The position numbers and the translations under genes were made by a program. Of a stretch of 64,000 bases of DNA, positions 47,443-57,029 are shown in pieces. The DNA is from an uncultured Clostridia bacterium (lineage in GTDB: Bacteria; Bacillota; Clostridia; Christensenellales; UBA1242): assembly GCA_934754375.1 (NCBI GenBank), contig CAKVHT010000001.1:24532-88531 (forward strand), written 5' to 3'. The stretch's first letter is position 1. The number at the start of each line of letters is the position of its first letter. Below the pieces are notes generated by a model. That model was not told the DNA's origin and searched no databases. It was given only the letters and a program-made list of their open reading frames with translations.

Positions 47443-49980
47443 ATGTCAGAAAAATTTGAAAAAATCGACAACACTAAATATATAAATATAGATGTTGAAC
47501 ATGAAATGAAAGAATCATTTATCGCTTATGCAATGGCGGTAAATGTTTCACGTGCTATTCCTGATGTTAGAGATGGTTTAAAACCTGTTCATCGCCGTAT
47601 TTTATATTCAATGAATGAAATCGGCTTAACTTGCGATAAGCCTTTTAGGAAATGTGCCAAAATCGTTGGTGATGTGTTGGGTAAATATCACCCACATGGC
47701 GACAGTTCAGTTTATGATGCACTTGTGCGTTTGGCACAAGACTTCACAATTAACGAACCTCTTATTGATGGTCACGGAAACTTTGGCTCAGTCGATGGGG
47801 ACGGTGCGGCCGCTTATCGTTACACAGAAGCACGTTTAAGCAAAGTTGCAAGTGAACTTTTGCGTGATATTGATAAAGACACTGTTGACTTTTATCCAAA
47901 CTTTGATGGAACAGCCTTGCAACCAAGGGTTTTGCCAAGCAGATTCCCAAATCTTTTGGTTAATGGTAGTGATGGTATTGCAGTTGGTATGGCAACAAAC
48001 ATTCCACCACACAATTTAAATGAGGTTATTGATGCAGTAATTGCAATGATTGATAACCCAAATATAACAATAGACGAATTGTGTGAAATTATTCCAGCAC
48101 CAGATTTCCCAACAGGTGGCGAAATTTTGGCAAATAATGCGATTAAAGAAGCATACCGCACAGGCCGTGGCGGTGTTGTTATGCGTGCAAAAGCAGATAT
48201 AGAAAGTTATGATAGTGGCAAACGTTGGCGCATTATTGTAACTGCTATTCCTTATCAAGTTAATAAAGCAAGATTAATTCAACAAATAGCAAATTTGGTT
48301 AAAGATAAACGTATTGACGGCATCAGCGATTTGCGTGATGAATCTGGCCGTGATGGTATGCGTATTGTTATTGAACTTAAAAAGGACGCAACACCACAAA
48401 TTGTGCTCAATATGCTTTATAAACAAACTCAATTGCAATTGAGCAGTGGTATCATCATGCTTGCGTTGGTTGATAACAAACCAAAAGTGTTAAATTTGCA
48501 AGAAGTGTTATTCTATTATCTTCAATTCCAACGTGAAGTTATCACAAGGCGTACACAATATGACCTTAAAAAAGCAGAAGAACGTGCCCACATTTTAGAG
48601 GGTTTAGTTATTGCAGTAAATAATATTGACGAAGTTATTGCAATCATCAAAAAGAGCACGGATAAAGTTAGTGCCTCAACAAGTTTGCAAGAACGTTTTG
48701 GTTTGACAGATCGTCAAGCGAATGCAATCCTTGAAATGAAATTGAGCCGACTTACTGGTCTGGAAGTTGAAAAACTTAAAGCAGAATGTGCCGAACTTGA
48801 AAAGACAATTGTTGAACTTAAAGCAATTTTGGCTGACCCTGCACGCATCAATCAAATTATCCGTGATGAATTGACAGAAATCAAAAATAAATATCCAACA
48901 CCACGTAAGACAAAGATTATCATGGATTATAGTGATATTGATATTGGTGACTTGATTGAAAAACATGATGTTGTGTTGTCTCTTACAAGCCAAGGATATG
49001 TTAAACGTTTGCCTGTTAGTGAATATAAATCACAACATAGAGGCGGACGTGGTGTGAATGCACACAAAACAAAAGAAGAAGATTTTGTTACAGATATGTT
49101 TGTGCTTAATAGTCATGACAATGTAATGTTCTTCAGCAATAAAGGTAAAGTTTACGTGCTTAAAGCATATATGATTCCAGAAGCTGGAAGACAAAACAAA
49201 GGCAGAGCATTAATCAATTTGCTTCCGCTTGAAGCTGATGAAAAGATTAACACAATTTTGAAATTTGATTATGACGAAAACAAAAATTTAATCATTGCAA
49301 CAAAGAAAGGTTTGATTAAAAAGACAAATGTAAGCGAATTTGCTCAAGTACGTAAGAATGGTAAAATTGCAATTAAATTGCTAGATGGCGATAGCTTGGT
49401 TAGTGCTAAACTTGTTGAACCAAAACAAGAACTTTTAATGGTTGCTGATAACGGCAAGGCTTTAAGGTTTAGCGAAGCTAGTGTTCGCAACATGGGGCGT
49501 ACTGGTCATGGTGTAAGATCAATGAAAATCAGTGATGATGAAAACATTGTTGACATGATTGTCCTTGATCCATCTCTTGATGTTTTAACTGTTACTGAAA
49601 AAGGTTATGCAAAACGTAGCCGTCCTGATGATTACCGTTTGCAAGGCAGAAGGGGCAAGGGCATAAAGGCAGGTGTCTTTAATGAAAAAACAGGTAAGGT
49701 TGTAGCACTTAAAAATGTTTGTGCAGACAATGATATTTTGGCAATTTCTGGTGATGGTGTTATGATTAGAACAAATGCAGATTCAATCAATTTGGTAGGT
49801 AGGACAAGTATGGGTGTTCGACTTATGAAAGTAAGTGCTAATGATTCTGTTGTTAGTGTTGCCATTGTTGCTCGTGCAAACGATGAAGAAGATGCTGTTG
49901 ATGAAACGCTCACTGAACAACCAGAATTTGAAGAAAATAACATCGAAGTTGAAAATCAAACAGATGAAGATTTGATTTAA
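47443..49980 (+). CDS. gyrA: DNA gyrase subunit A
   Basis: 845 aa. AIPDVRDGLKPVHRR, the catalytic AAYRYTEARL region, a GyrA-box beta-pinwheel C-terminal domain, and an acidic tail. Confidence 0.98.
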   Translation: MSEKFEKIDNTKYINIDVEHEMKESFIAYAMAVNVSRAIPDVRDGLKPVHRRILYSMNEIGLTCDKPFRKCAKIVGDVLGKYHPHGDSSVYDALVRLAQDFTINEPLIDGHGNFGSVDGDGAAAYRYTEARLSKVASELLRDIDKDTVDFYPNFDGTALQPRVLPSRFPNLLVNGSDGIAVGMATNIPPHNLNEVIDAVIAMIDNPNITIDELCEIIPAPDFPTGGEILANNAIKEAYRTGRGGVVMRAKADIESYDSGKRWRIIVTAIPYQVNKARLIQQIANLVKDKRIDGISDLRDESGRDGMRIVIELKKDATPQIVLNMLYKQTQLQLSSGIIMLALVDNKPKVLNLQEVLFYYLQFQREVITRRTQYDLKKAEERAHILEGLVIAVNNIDEVIAIIKKSTDKVSASTSLQERFGLTDRQANAILEMKLSRLTGLEVEKLKAECAELEKTIVELKAILADPARINQIIRDELTEIKNKYPTPRKTKIIMDYSDIDIGDLIEKHDVVLSLTSQGYVKRLPVSEYKSQHRGGRGVNAHKTKEEDFVTDMFVLNSHDNVMFFSNKGKVYVLKAYMIPEAGRQNKGRALINLLPLEADEKINTILKFDYDENKNLIIATKKGLIKKTNVSEFAQVRKNGKIAIKLLDGDSLVSAKLVEPKQELLMVADNGKALRFSEASVRNMGRTGHGVRSMKISDDENIVDMIVLDPSLDVLTVTEKGYAKRSRPDDYRLQGRRGKGIKAGVFNEKTGKVVALKNVCADNDILAISGDGVMIRTNADSINLVGRTSMGVRLMKVSANDSVVSVAIVARANDEEDAVDETLTEQPEFEENNIEVENQTDEDLI

Positions 49981-49994
49981 TCTCTTAACAAAAC

Positions 49995-50021
49995 AAAAAA
50001 CAGGATTACTCCTGTTTTTTT
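49995..50021 (+). terminator. rho-independent terminator after gyrA
   Basis: aaaaa-acagga-ttac-tcctgt-tttttt. Confidence 0.75.
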
Positions 50022-50331
50022 GTTGGCAAACTTTTTGCGTGGTGACAACTTAATAGATTGTTTTTTTGTAAAAATAATTTTAATCATATTAATATTCTGA
50101 TTGTTATTGTTTTTCAGTTGGATATAAAAATTAAATAATATTTTATAAATAATAAATTAATATTAAAAATAATCAAAAATTTAATAAAATTACCTAAAAT
50201 AAGCAATTTATTTGATTGTTTTTATAAATAATTGTATATTTTTATTTAATTTTTAATTACAAAAAGATTTGTTTAATTTTTAATTTTATGTATAATGTAT
50301 TTAAATCTTGTTTTAGGAATAAATTAAAAAT

Positions 50332-51192
50332 ATGAAAAAGAGGTTCATGGCAGTTTTGATTTGTTTTATGTTGATAATTTCAACATTTTGTTTTTCGGCT
50401 TGCTCAACAATCAATGCGACTACCACAATCAATCAAGATGGCACAATTGATGAATATGTGTCAGTAAAGATTGATGATGAAAGTTTGATAAACCAAGGCT
50501 ATACGACAAATCAGATTTTGTCACTTAAAAATGACATCCAATCAAAAGCAAATATTACCACTCAAAACATTATTGATAATTTTAATTTGCGTGTTCAAAA
50601 TGACATTCTGTCAGCAACAACACTAGTGCAAACAGCAATGCTCACAAACTATTTGAATGGTATATCAGCCATTCAAAACACAACTTCTAGTGACGGAGTC
50701 TATGTTTTTGGTATTAGGTTTAAAAATGCAAACATTTATAGATATTATTACAATATTGGCACCCAACAAACCATTGTCTATCAATCAGAAAAGCATTTTT
50801 TATATACAAAATATTACTATTATGGTTTGACTTTATATGCTGATTATCAGTCTGTTTACAATCAATTTGTTTCAGTATTTCAACAAGACTATCCAGGTAT
50901 TGTTGAGAACAATAAAGCGACATTAACTTTTAGTTATGAAACAGATGCGAGAAGGGAACATAGTGATGCAAATTATATTTACAGTAAAAATGGCAAATAT
51001 TACCACGTTTGGGTGGTTGATCAAAACGAGATTGAAAAACCGATAATGATTTATTATAACATTGCAAATTCAGGGAATTGTATTTTACTATGTCTGTGTG
51101 TGACTATGGGGGTATGTGCCGTTTTGTGGTTGGTTGCATTTATAATTTCAAAAAACAAACATAAAAAAGCAATTAAACAAAATATAAAATAA
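50332..51192 (+). CDS. putative lipoprotein with an additional C-terminal TM helix
   Basis: 286 aa. Lipobox-like ...STFCFSAC-S after a hydrophobic signal, N/T/Y-rich body, and C-terminal ILLCLCVTMGVCAVLWLVAFIISKNKHKK. Confidence 0.6.
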   Translation: MKKRFMAVLICFMLIISTFCFSACSTINATTTINQDGTIDEYVSVKIDDESLINQGYTTNQILSLKNDIQSKANITTQNIIDNFNLRVQNDILSATTLVQTAMLTNYLNGISAIQNTTSSDGVYVFGIRFKNANIYRYYYNIGTQQTIVYQSEKHFLYTKYYYYGLTLYADYQSVYNQFVSVFQQDYPGIVENNKATLTFSYETDARREHSDANYIYSKNGKYYHVWVVDQNEIEKPIMIYYNIANSGNCILLCLCVTMGVCAVLWLVAFIISKNKHKKAIKQNIK

Positions 51193-51316
51193 TTTGTTAA
51201 AATAATTAAAAAAATAATAAATATTTAATAAAAATCGTTATTTTAAATGAATTTATAATATTTTTGTGATATATAATTAAATTAATTTTTGCAAAATAGT
51301 TTAAAGTTGATTATAA

Positions 51317-51352
51317 CAAAAAAAGCAGTAATTATAGATTACTGCTTTTTTA
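51317..51352. terminator. bidirectional terminator
   Basis: aaaaaaa-agcagtaat-tatag-attactgct-tttttt. Confidence 0.75.
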
Positions 51353-51407
51353 TAAATCGAGTATAATAATCTCATTTTTATATAAATTTCATTTTTAGAA
51401 TCTTAAT

Positions 51408-51575
51408 CTACCAATCGTTACGTTTGCCATTGATTTTGATGTCATCATAAAATCTTAAATAGCTGTCTGCAAAATTGTTTGTGCTGACCTTGTCATGAGG
51501 AATCACTTTACCTTTTTGCTTGCTATACTTTGTTTTTGATTTTGGTAGTTTTTTTAATATTTTAACTTTTGCCAT
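51408..51575 (-). CDS. possible 55-aa highly basic protein downstream of nrdG
   Basis: Hand-translated MAKVKILKKLPKSKTKYSKQKGKVIPHDKVSTNNFADSYLRFYDDIKINGKRNDW. Only a weak SD (AGG). Starts 14 nt after the nrdG stop and ends before the terminator at 51317-51352. Confidence 0.25.
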   Translation of the reverse strand: MAKVKILKKLPKSKTKYSKQKGKVIPHDKVSTNNFADSYLRFYDDIKINGKRNDW

Positions 51576-51589
51576 CTTGTTCTAGAACC

Positions 51590-52156
51590 TTATAAATTTT
51601 CTTTGTGTGTGGGTTTTAACACTGTTGATTTTTTTTCATTGTATGGACTTAAAACAATCTTATTGTTTTTAAGGCTTTGTTGCACATCGATAATTCTTTG
51701 ATTGCTTGAACCTTTAAATCTTAATGTGATGTCCTTTTTTGCTTCAACAAATTCGCCGTCAACCAATATGTCTATATATGAAAGCAGTTCTTTTGTCCAT
51801 GGGCAAAAAGCTCTGCTAGGCGAAGTAAGTTGCTCCCAAGTGTAACCAGAATAACACCATATCTTTTTGTTTGGATAAATTTGTCTTATCTGTTTTATAA
51901 AAGGCAACAGACCTTGTTGATTGGCGGGTTCCATAGGTTCGCCACCTAGCAAAGTTAAACCATTAACATAATCAGATTTTAAACTTTCAATGATTTTATT
52001 TTGAACATCTTTGTCAAAAGGCTTTCCGTAGTTAAAATCCCAAGTCTCCTTATTAAAACAATTTACACAATGATGAGTGCAACCACTCACAAATAGGGAA
52101 GTTCTAACACCTTCCCCATTTGCTATATCATTAAATTTAATATTAGAGTAGTTCAT
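51590..52156 (-). CDS. nrdG: anaerobic ribonucleoside-triphosphate reductase activating protein (radical SAM)
   Basis: 188 aa. GCTHHCVNCFN (CxxxCxxC) cluster motif and LTLLGGEP. Confidence 0.9.
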   Translation of the reverse strand: MNYSNIKFNDIANGEGVRTSLFVSGCTHHCVNCFNKETWDFNYGKPFDKDVQNKIIESLKSDYVNGLTLLGGEPMEPANQQGLLPFIKQIRQIYPNKKIWCYSGYTWEQLTSPSRAFCPWTKELLSYIDILVDGEFVEAKKDITLRFKGSSNQRIIDVQQSLKNNKIVLSPYNEKKSTVLKPTHKENL

Positions 52157-52163
52157 AATTTTT

Positions 52164-52191
52164 AGTTTAAATTTATTATAAAAACATTCAA
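52164..52191 (-). promoter_or_regulatory. possible internal promoter TTGAAT-16-TAAACT, 7 nt before the nrdG ATG
   Basis: Minus strand reads TTGAAT-gtttttataataaatt-TAAACT-aaaaatt-ATG. No SD before nrdG. Confidence 0.3.
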
Positions 52192-52246
52192 ATAATATAA
52201 TATTTAATCAAATTTTTACTATTAAAATGGATTTTTTTAATATTTT

Positions 52247-54430
52247 TTATAAATGGAGCACACGATCACGGATTTCTTGTGTTCTTCCTTGATTCCAGAA
52301 TTGACTACCAATGTATCCGCAAGTCCTTCTAGCAACATTCATTTTTGTTTGGTCACGGTTGCCACAGTTTGGGCAAACCCAAATCAATTTTCCGTCTTTA
52401 TCTTCTTCAATTTGAATTTCGCCGTCATATCCGCAAACTTGACAGTAGTCTGATTTGGTATTGAGTTCAGCATACATAATGTTATCATAAATAAATTTCA
52501 TAACTTGCAAAACTGCCTCAATGTTATTTTGCATGTTTGGAACTTCAACATAGCTTATAGCGCCGCCTGGGCTTAAAGCTTGGAATTCGCTTTCTAAAGC
52601 CAGTTTGCTAAACGCATCAATTGGTTCGGTTACATGAACGTGATAACTATTTGTAATGTAATTTTTATCAGTAACACCAGGGATAATGCCAAACCTACGT
52701 TGTAAGCATTTTGCAAATTTGTATGTTGTGCTTTCAAGTGGTGTGCCATAAAGAGAGTAATCAATGTTTTCAGCTTCTTTCCATTTTTTTGTATATTCGT
52801 TAAGCTTGCGCATAATTTGAAGCCCCATCTCTTTTCCTTCTGGTTCAGTCAACTTTTTACCGGTCAAATAGTAAACAGTTTCCCAAAGGCCAGCATAACC
52901 AAGAGATATGGTTGAATAACCACCATGCAAATATTTGTCAATTTTTTCGCCTGGTTTAAGCCTTGTCAATGCGCCGTGTTGCCACAAAATAGGTGCAGCA
53001 TCACTTAAAGTGCCAGTTAATCTTTCATGCCTGCATTGCAATGCTCGGTGACATAGTTCCAAACGTTCATCAAAGATTTTCCAAAATTCTTTCATATCCT
53101 TATGGCTAGATATTGCAACGTCAATTAAATTGATTGTTACAACACCTTGATTGAATCTGCCATAATATTTTGGTTTGCCATTTTCGTCAATATATGGGGT
53201 TAAGAAACTTCTGCAACCCATGCATGTGTAGCAATGTCCTTGCCCTTTTTTGTCAACTTTAAGTTCAAGCATTTTCTTTTCACTGATATAGTCAGGAACA
53301 AGTCTGCGGGCTGTACATTTTGCAGCCAATTCAGTCAAGTAATAATATTTGCTTTCTGGATAGATGTTGTTTTCTTCCAAAACATAGATAAGTTTTGGGA
53401 ACGCAGGGGTAACCCAAACACCTTTTTCGTTTTTAACACCTTGATAACGTTGCTCAAGAACCTCTTCAATAATCATTGCAAGGTCTTCACGTTCACGCTC
53501 GTTTCTTGCTTCTCCAAGATACATAAAAACAGTGATAAATGGTGCTTGTCCATTTGTTGTCATAAGAGTGATAACTTGGTATTGCAAAATCTGTACACCA
53601 CGATTGATTTCTTGACGTACACGTTTTTCAGTGATTTTATGCAGAAGGGCATCATCAACATTTCCATTGCATGCTTCTTTGAGTTCGGCCTCAACTTCTT
53701 TGCGTATCTTTTGACGAGAGACTTCAACAAAAGGTGCAAGGTGGGTAAGGCTTATGCTTTGACCGCCATATTGGCTTGATGCCACTTGTGCAACAATTTG
53801 TGTTGCTATGTTACATGCGGTTGAAAATGAATGTGGACGTTCTATTTTTGTGTTTGAAATAACAGTTCCGTTTTGTAGCATGTCTTCAAGGTTTACAAGG
53901 TCACAGTTGTGCATACGTTGGGCAAAATAATCTGCATCATGGAAGTGAATTAAACCTTCTTCATGTGCTTTCCATATATCTTCAGGGAGCAAAAATCTTT
54001 TTGTTAAATCTTTGGACATTTCGCCAGCCATATAGTCACGTTGAACACTGTTTACAGTTGGGTTTTTGTTGCTGTTTTCTTGTTTAACTTCTTCATTTTG
54101 GCAATCTATCAAGGCAAAAACCTTATCATCGGTGGTATTTTTTTGTCTCGCCAACTGACGATCATAACGATAAGTGATATAATGTTTGGCAACATCAAAT
54201 TTGCTTTCACCCATGATGGCAAATTCAACCATGTCTTGAATTTCTTCTACACCTACGGCTCTTCCCAAACTTTCACATTCTTTTGTTACGTTTGTAACGA
54301 TTTTGTCAATTTGGGCATCTGACAGTCTTTTATTAGGATCGTCCATTGAACTATTTGCTTTGCCAACTGCAATACGAATTTTGTTTGCATCAAAAACAAC
54401 TTCTTGGCTGTTACGCTTAATTACTTTCAT
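52247..54430 (-). CDS. nrdD: anaerobic ribonucleoside-triphosphate reductase (class III)
   Basis: 727 aa. N-terminal ATP-cone, C-terminal Zn site CQVCG...CPNCG, and glycyl-radical motif RTCGYIG. GGGAGA SD. Confidence 0.95.
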   Translation of the reverse strand: MKVIKRNSQEVVFDANKIRIAVGKANSSMDDPNKRLSDAQIDKIVTNVTKECESLGRAVGVEEIQDMVEFAIMGESKFDVAKHYITYRYDRQLARQKNTTDDKVFALIDCQNEEVKQENSNKNPTVNSVQRDYMAGEMSKDLTKRFLLPEDIWKAHEEGLIHFHDADYFAQRMHNCDLVNLEDMLQNGTVISNTKIERPHSFSTACNIATQIVAQVASSQYGGQSISLTHLAPFVEVSRQKIRKEVEAELKEACNGNVDDALLHKITEKRVRQEINRGVQILQYQVITLMTTNGQAPFITVFMYLGEARNEREREDLAMIIEEVLEQRYQGVKNEKGVWVTPAFPKLIYVLEENNIYPESKYYYLTELAAKCTARRLVPDYISEKKMLELKVDKKGQGHCYTCMGCRSFLTPYIDENGKPKYYGRFNQGVVTINLIDVAISSHKDMKEFWKIFDERLELCHRALQCRHERLTGTLSDAAPILWQHGALTRLKPGEKIDKYLHGGYSTISLGYAGLWETVYYLTGKKLTEPEGKEMGLQIMRKLNEYTKKWKEAENIDYSLYGTPLESTTYKFAKCLQRRFGIIPGVTDKNYITNSYHVHVTEPIDAFSKLALESEFQALSPGGAISYVEVPNMQNNIEAVLQVMKFIYDNIMYAELNTKSDYCQVCGYDGEIQIEEDKDGKLIWVCPNCGNRDQTKMNVARRTCGYIGSQFWNQGRTQEIRDRVLHL

Positions 54431-54777
54431 AATTTTCTCCCTTTTGTTTGTGTGTATAATTTTTGTGTTTAAATGATTAGTTTGTGATTTGCTTTAAAAA
54501 ATCAACTTGATAATCATGTATTATGTTGAAATTTACTGCAGATATATTTCAACATAAAAAGCCAAATTCCTTGACTTTACGACCTCATTATACTACACTA
54601 AAAGTGTAAAAAGTGTTGTTTTAACAACAAAAAACGTAATTTTTGATAGTTTTAAAAACTAACTTGTGTTGTAAAATGGCAATACACCAAATATATAGGG
54701 ATTGCCAAAATTAATGTTTGCTGTAAAAATTTTGTTGTATATAAAAAGTTGAATTATTTTTTAGTGGAGATGTGGAA

Positions 54778-55449
54778 ATGGAACATTATAAAGATCTAGC
54801 ACAAACAAAAATATTTTCGTTTTCAAGCGAATTTGAATGTCAAGCGATGATGTTTTGTTTTAAAACTCGATTTGTGAATTTTGAAAAACACCAAACAATT
54901 GTAAAACAGGGCGACATAATGGATAATGTTGTTTTGATTGTTAAAGGTGGTGCAAAACTTGAAAATCTTGATAGCCTTGGCAACATTAACATTTTGATGC
55001 AACTCAAGGCTGGTGATGCTTATGGTTTGGAAATAGCTTATGCTGGGGCTCAAACATATAAAGACAGTTTGATTGCAACTGAAAAAACTCTTGTGTTGTT
55101 TATGAATAGATATAGGTTGTTAAACCAATGCGACAATAGATGTAAAAGACATGAAATAGTGATAAAAAAAATCAACCAAATGATTGCTGACAACAATATA
55201 GAATTGCAAAACAAATTGATGCACATTTCAAAGAAAACTATTAGGGAAAGACTGATGTCATATTTTTTGACGCAAACTGAAAAATTAAATAATACATATT
55301 TTGAAATACCATATAATGTAACTGAACTTGCTAATTATTTGTCCGTTGATAGAAGTGCTCTTTCAAATGAACTTGGGAAAATGAAAAAAGAGGGCATTAT
55401 TGATTATGATAAAAGGCAATTTAGATTGATAAAGAAAAAGAACTTTTAA
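54778..55449 (+). CDS. Crp/Fnr family transcriptional regulator
   Basis: Start set at ATG 54778 (GGAGA SD; the track starts at GTG 54772). cNMP-binding-like beta-roll followed by a C-terminal HTH (ELANYLSVDRSALSNELGKMKKEGII). Confidence 0.8.
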   Translation: MEHYKDLAQTKIFSFSSEFECQAMMFCFKTRFVNFEKHQTIVKQGDIMDNVVLIVKGGAKLENLDSLGNINILMQLKAGDAYGLEIAYAGAQTYKDSLIATEKTLVLFMNRYRLLNQCDNRCKRHEIVIKKINQMIADNNIELQNKLMHISKKTIRERLMSYFLTQTEKLNNTYFEIPYNVTELANYLSVDRSALSNELGKMKKEGIIDYDKRQFRLIKKKNF

Positions 55450-55545
55450 CAAGAGTTCTTTTTTTGTGATAAGTCACAATTCGTGTTTTATATTACTGAT
55501 TAAATAGATTTATTTATATATATGTAAAAATTAAATTGTATTGTT

Positions 55546-56814
55546 TTATTTTTTTTGAAGGACAATACAGGTTTCAACACTTACAGTATTTGGGAACATG
55601 TCAAAAGGTTGAATTGAAACTATGTTGTAATTTTCTATAATTTCTCTCAAATCTTTGGCAAGAGCAATAGGATTACATGAAATATAAACAATCTTGTTTA
55701 TGCCGTCAATTGCTTTCATCACTTGTTTGCCACAGCCTTTTTTGCTTGGATCTAATACCATTGTTGAAACTGATTCAAATTTGTTTTTATTTATTAAAAT
55801 TTGATAATTTTTGAAAAAATCGCCACAAATATTGGTTAAATTGCTGATTTTATTATATTTTTTTAAATTTTCTGCATCTTTATGTGCTGATTTGTTTATT
55901 TCAATGCCATAAACATGCTTTGCCTTTTTTGCAAGCATTGCTGATAAAAATCCTGCACCGCTATAACCATTTACAACAATTTCATCTGTTGATATTTGTT
56001 CCAAAACATAGTTGTACAACTTGTTTTGAATGTCTAAATTTGTTTGATAAAAACTATTAATATCAAGCGTAAGATTTAAATTATCCGTTAAATTAATATT
56101 CTTTAAGCCACCAATGTGAACAATGTGATCTGTTAAAACAACAGAATCGTTGCGGGAATTAATAACTAAAAACAGACCAAACAAATTGTTTAAGTGTTGT
56201 TGTAAATAGTTGTACAAAATAGATAAATCTTCCTTTTGTTTGCAAACGATTGCGATTAATGTTTGATTGTTTAAATGTCTCACAACAATGTTTTTTATTG
56301 TTTTGATTGGTTTGATTTTTAAATATTGTCTTATTAAATTTATAACGATGTTGATTTGATTGTCGGCCAACAAACATTTGGTTGCATCTATCAATTGGTT
56401 GCTTGATTTTTGTTTAAAACCAACAACTGATTTGTCACATGAAAAACTGATTTTGTTGCGATAATTGTATTGATTTTTACAGCCAATTGTGTTGTTGACA
56501 GGGTATGAAATATTTGCCACTTTTTGCAAAGTGTTTTTAACCAGATTTGTTTTAAAATTTAGTTGCCAATCATAGTCAATATGTTGCAAATCACAGCCAC
56601 CGCAAACATCAAAATATGGGCAGGGCGGACTAACACGATGAACAGATTTTTGTATCAATTTATTTGGTTTAGCATAGCAATAATTTTTGCAATCTTTTAC
56701 TATTGAGCAATCTACAATTTCATCTTGAATTGTTCCTGGCACAAAAACAATTTTGCCATCAATTTCTCCAACACCTTCACCGTTCATGCCAAGATTTTTT
56801 ATTTTTATTTCCAT
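55546..56814 (-). CDS. rlmD: 23S rRNA (uracil-C5)-methyltransferase, RlmD/RumA family
   Basis: 422 aa. N-terminal TRAM domain, Fe-S Cys motif CPYFDVCGGCDLQH, SAM-binding fold, and C-terminal catalytic ISCNP. Confidence 0.85.
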   Translation of the reverse strand: MEIKIKNLGMNGEGVGEIDGKIVFVPGTIQDEIVDCSIVKDCKNYCYAKPNKLIQKSVHRVSPPCPYFDVCGGCDLQHIDYDWQLNFKTNLVKNTLQKVANISYPVNNTIGCKNQYNYRNKISFSCDKSVVGFKQKSSNQLIDATKCLLADNQINIVINLIRQYLKIKPIKTIKNIVVRHLNNQTLIAIVCKQKEDLSILYNYLQQHLNNLFGLFLVINSRNDSVVLTDHIVHIGGLKNINLTDNLNLTLDINSFYQTNLDIQNKLYNYVLEQISTDEIVVNGYSGAGFLSAMLAKKAKHVYGIEINKSAHKDAENLKKYNKISNLTNICGDFFKNYQILINKNKFESVSTMVLDPSKKGCGKQVMKAIDGINKIVYISCNPIALAKDLREIIENYNIVSIQPFDMFPNTVSVETCIVLQKK

Positions 56815-57029
56815 GATTATATACTAGCATACTTTTTTAGTATTAACAATAAAAAACAAAATATCGGACATAGTTTTAATGGTTGAATTTTTATAAAAAC
56901 CTAAAAACATTATCTATTTTTATAGTTTTTTTAATCAAAAAATATACAAATTTGATAAATCTGTCTATAATGTTTTGAAAAAATTATTTAATTGATTATA
57001 ATAATTGTCGTTTCTATAAAGGAGAAATT

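Noticed and set aside
1109-53779. Many overlapping or antisense ORFs in the six-frame track (for example 1109..1357, 3188..3598, 10445..10717, 33327..33671, 37893..38342, 40330..40734, 46724..47281, 53234..53779)
   Set aside because: Each lies inside, and in a different frame or strand from, a gene with clear family motifs. They are shadow ORFs, typical of AT-rich genomes with few stops on the antisense strand.
54431-54771. NrdR boxes upstream of nrdD
   Set aside because: I looked for tandem ACAC-N8-GTGT-type 16-bp palindromes. Only ACACT-AAA-AGTGT (wrong spacing) and a half-site ACACCAAATATATAGG were found, so no convincing NrdR pair is present.
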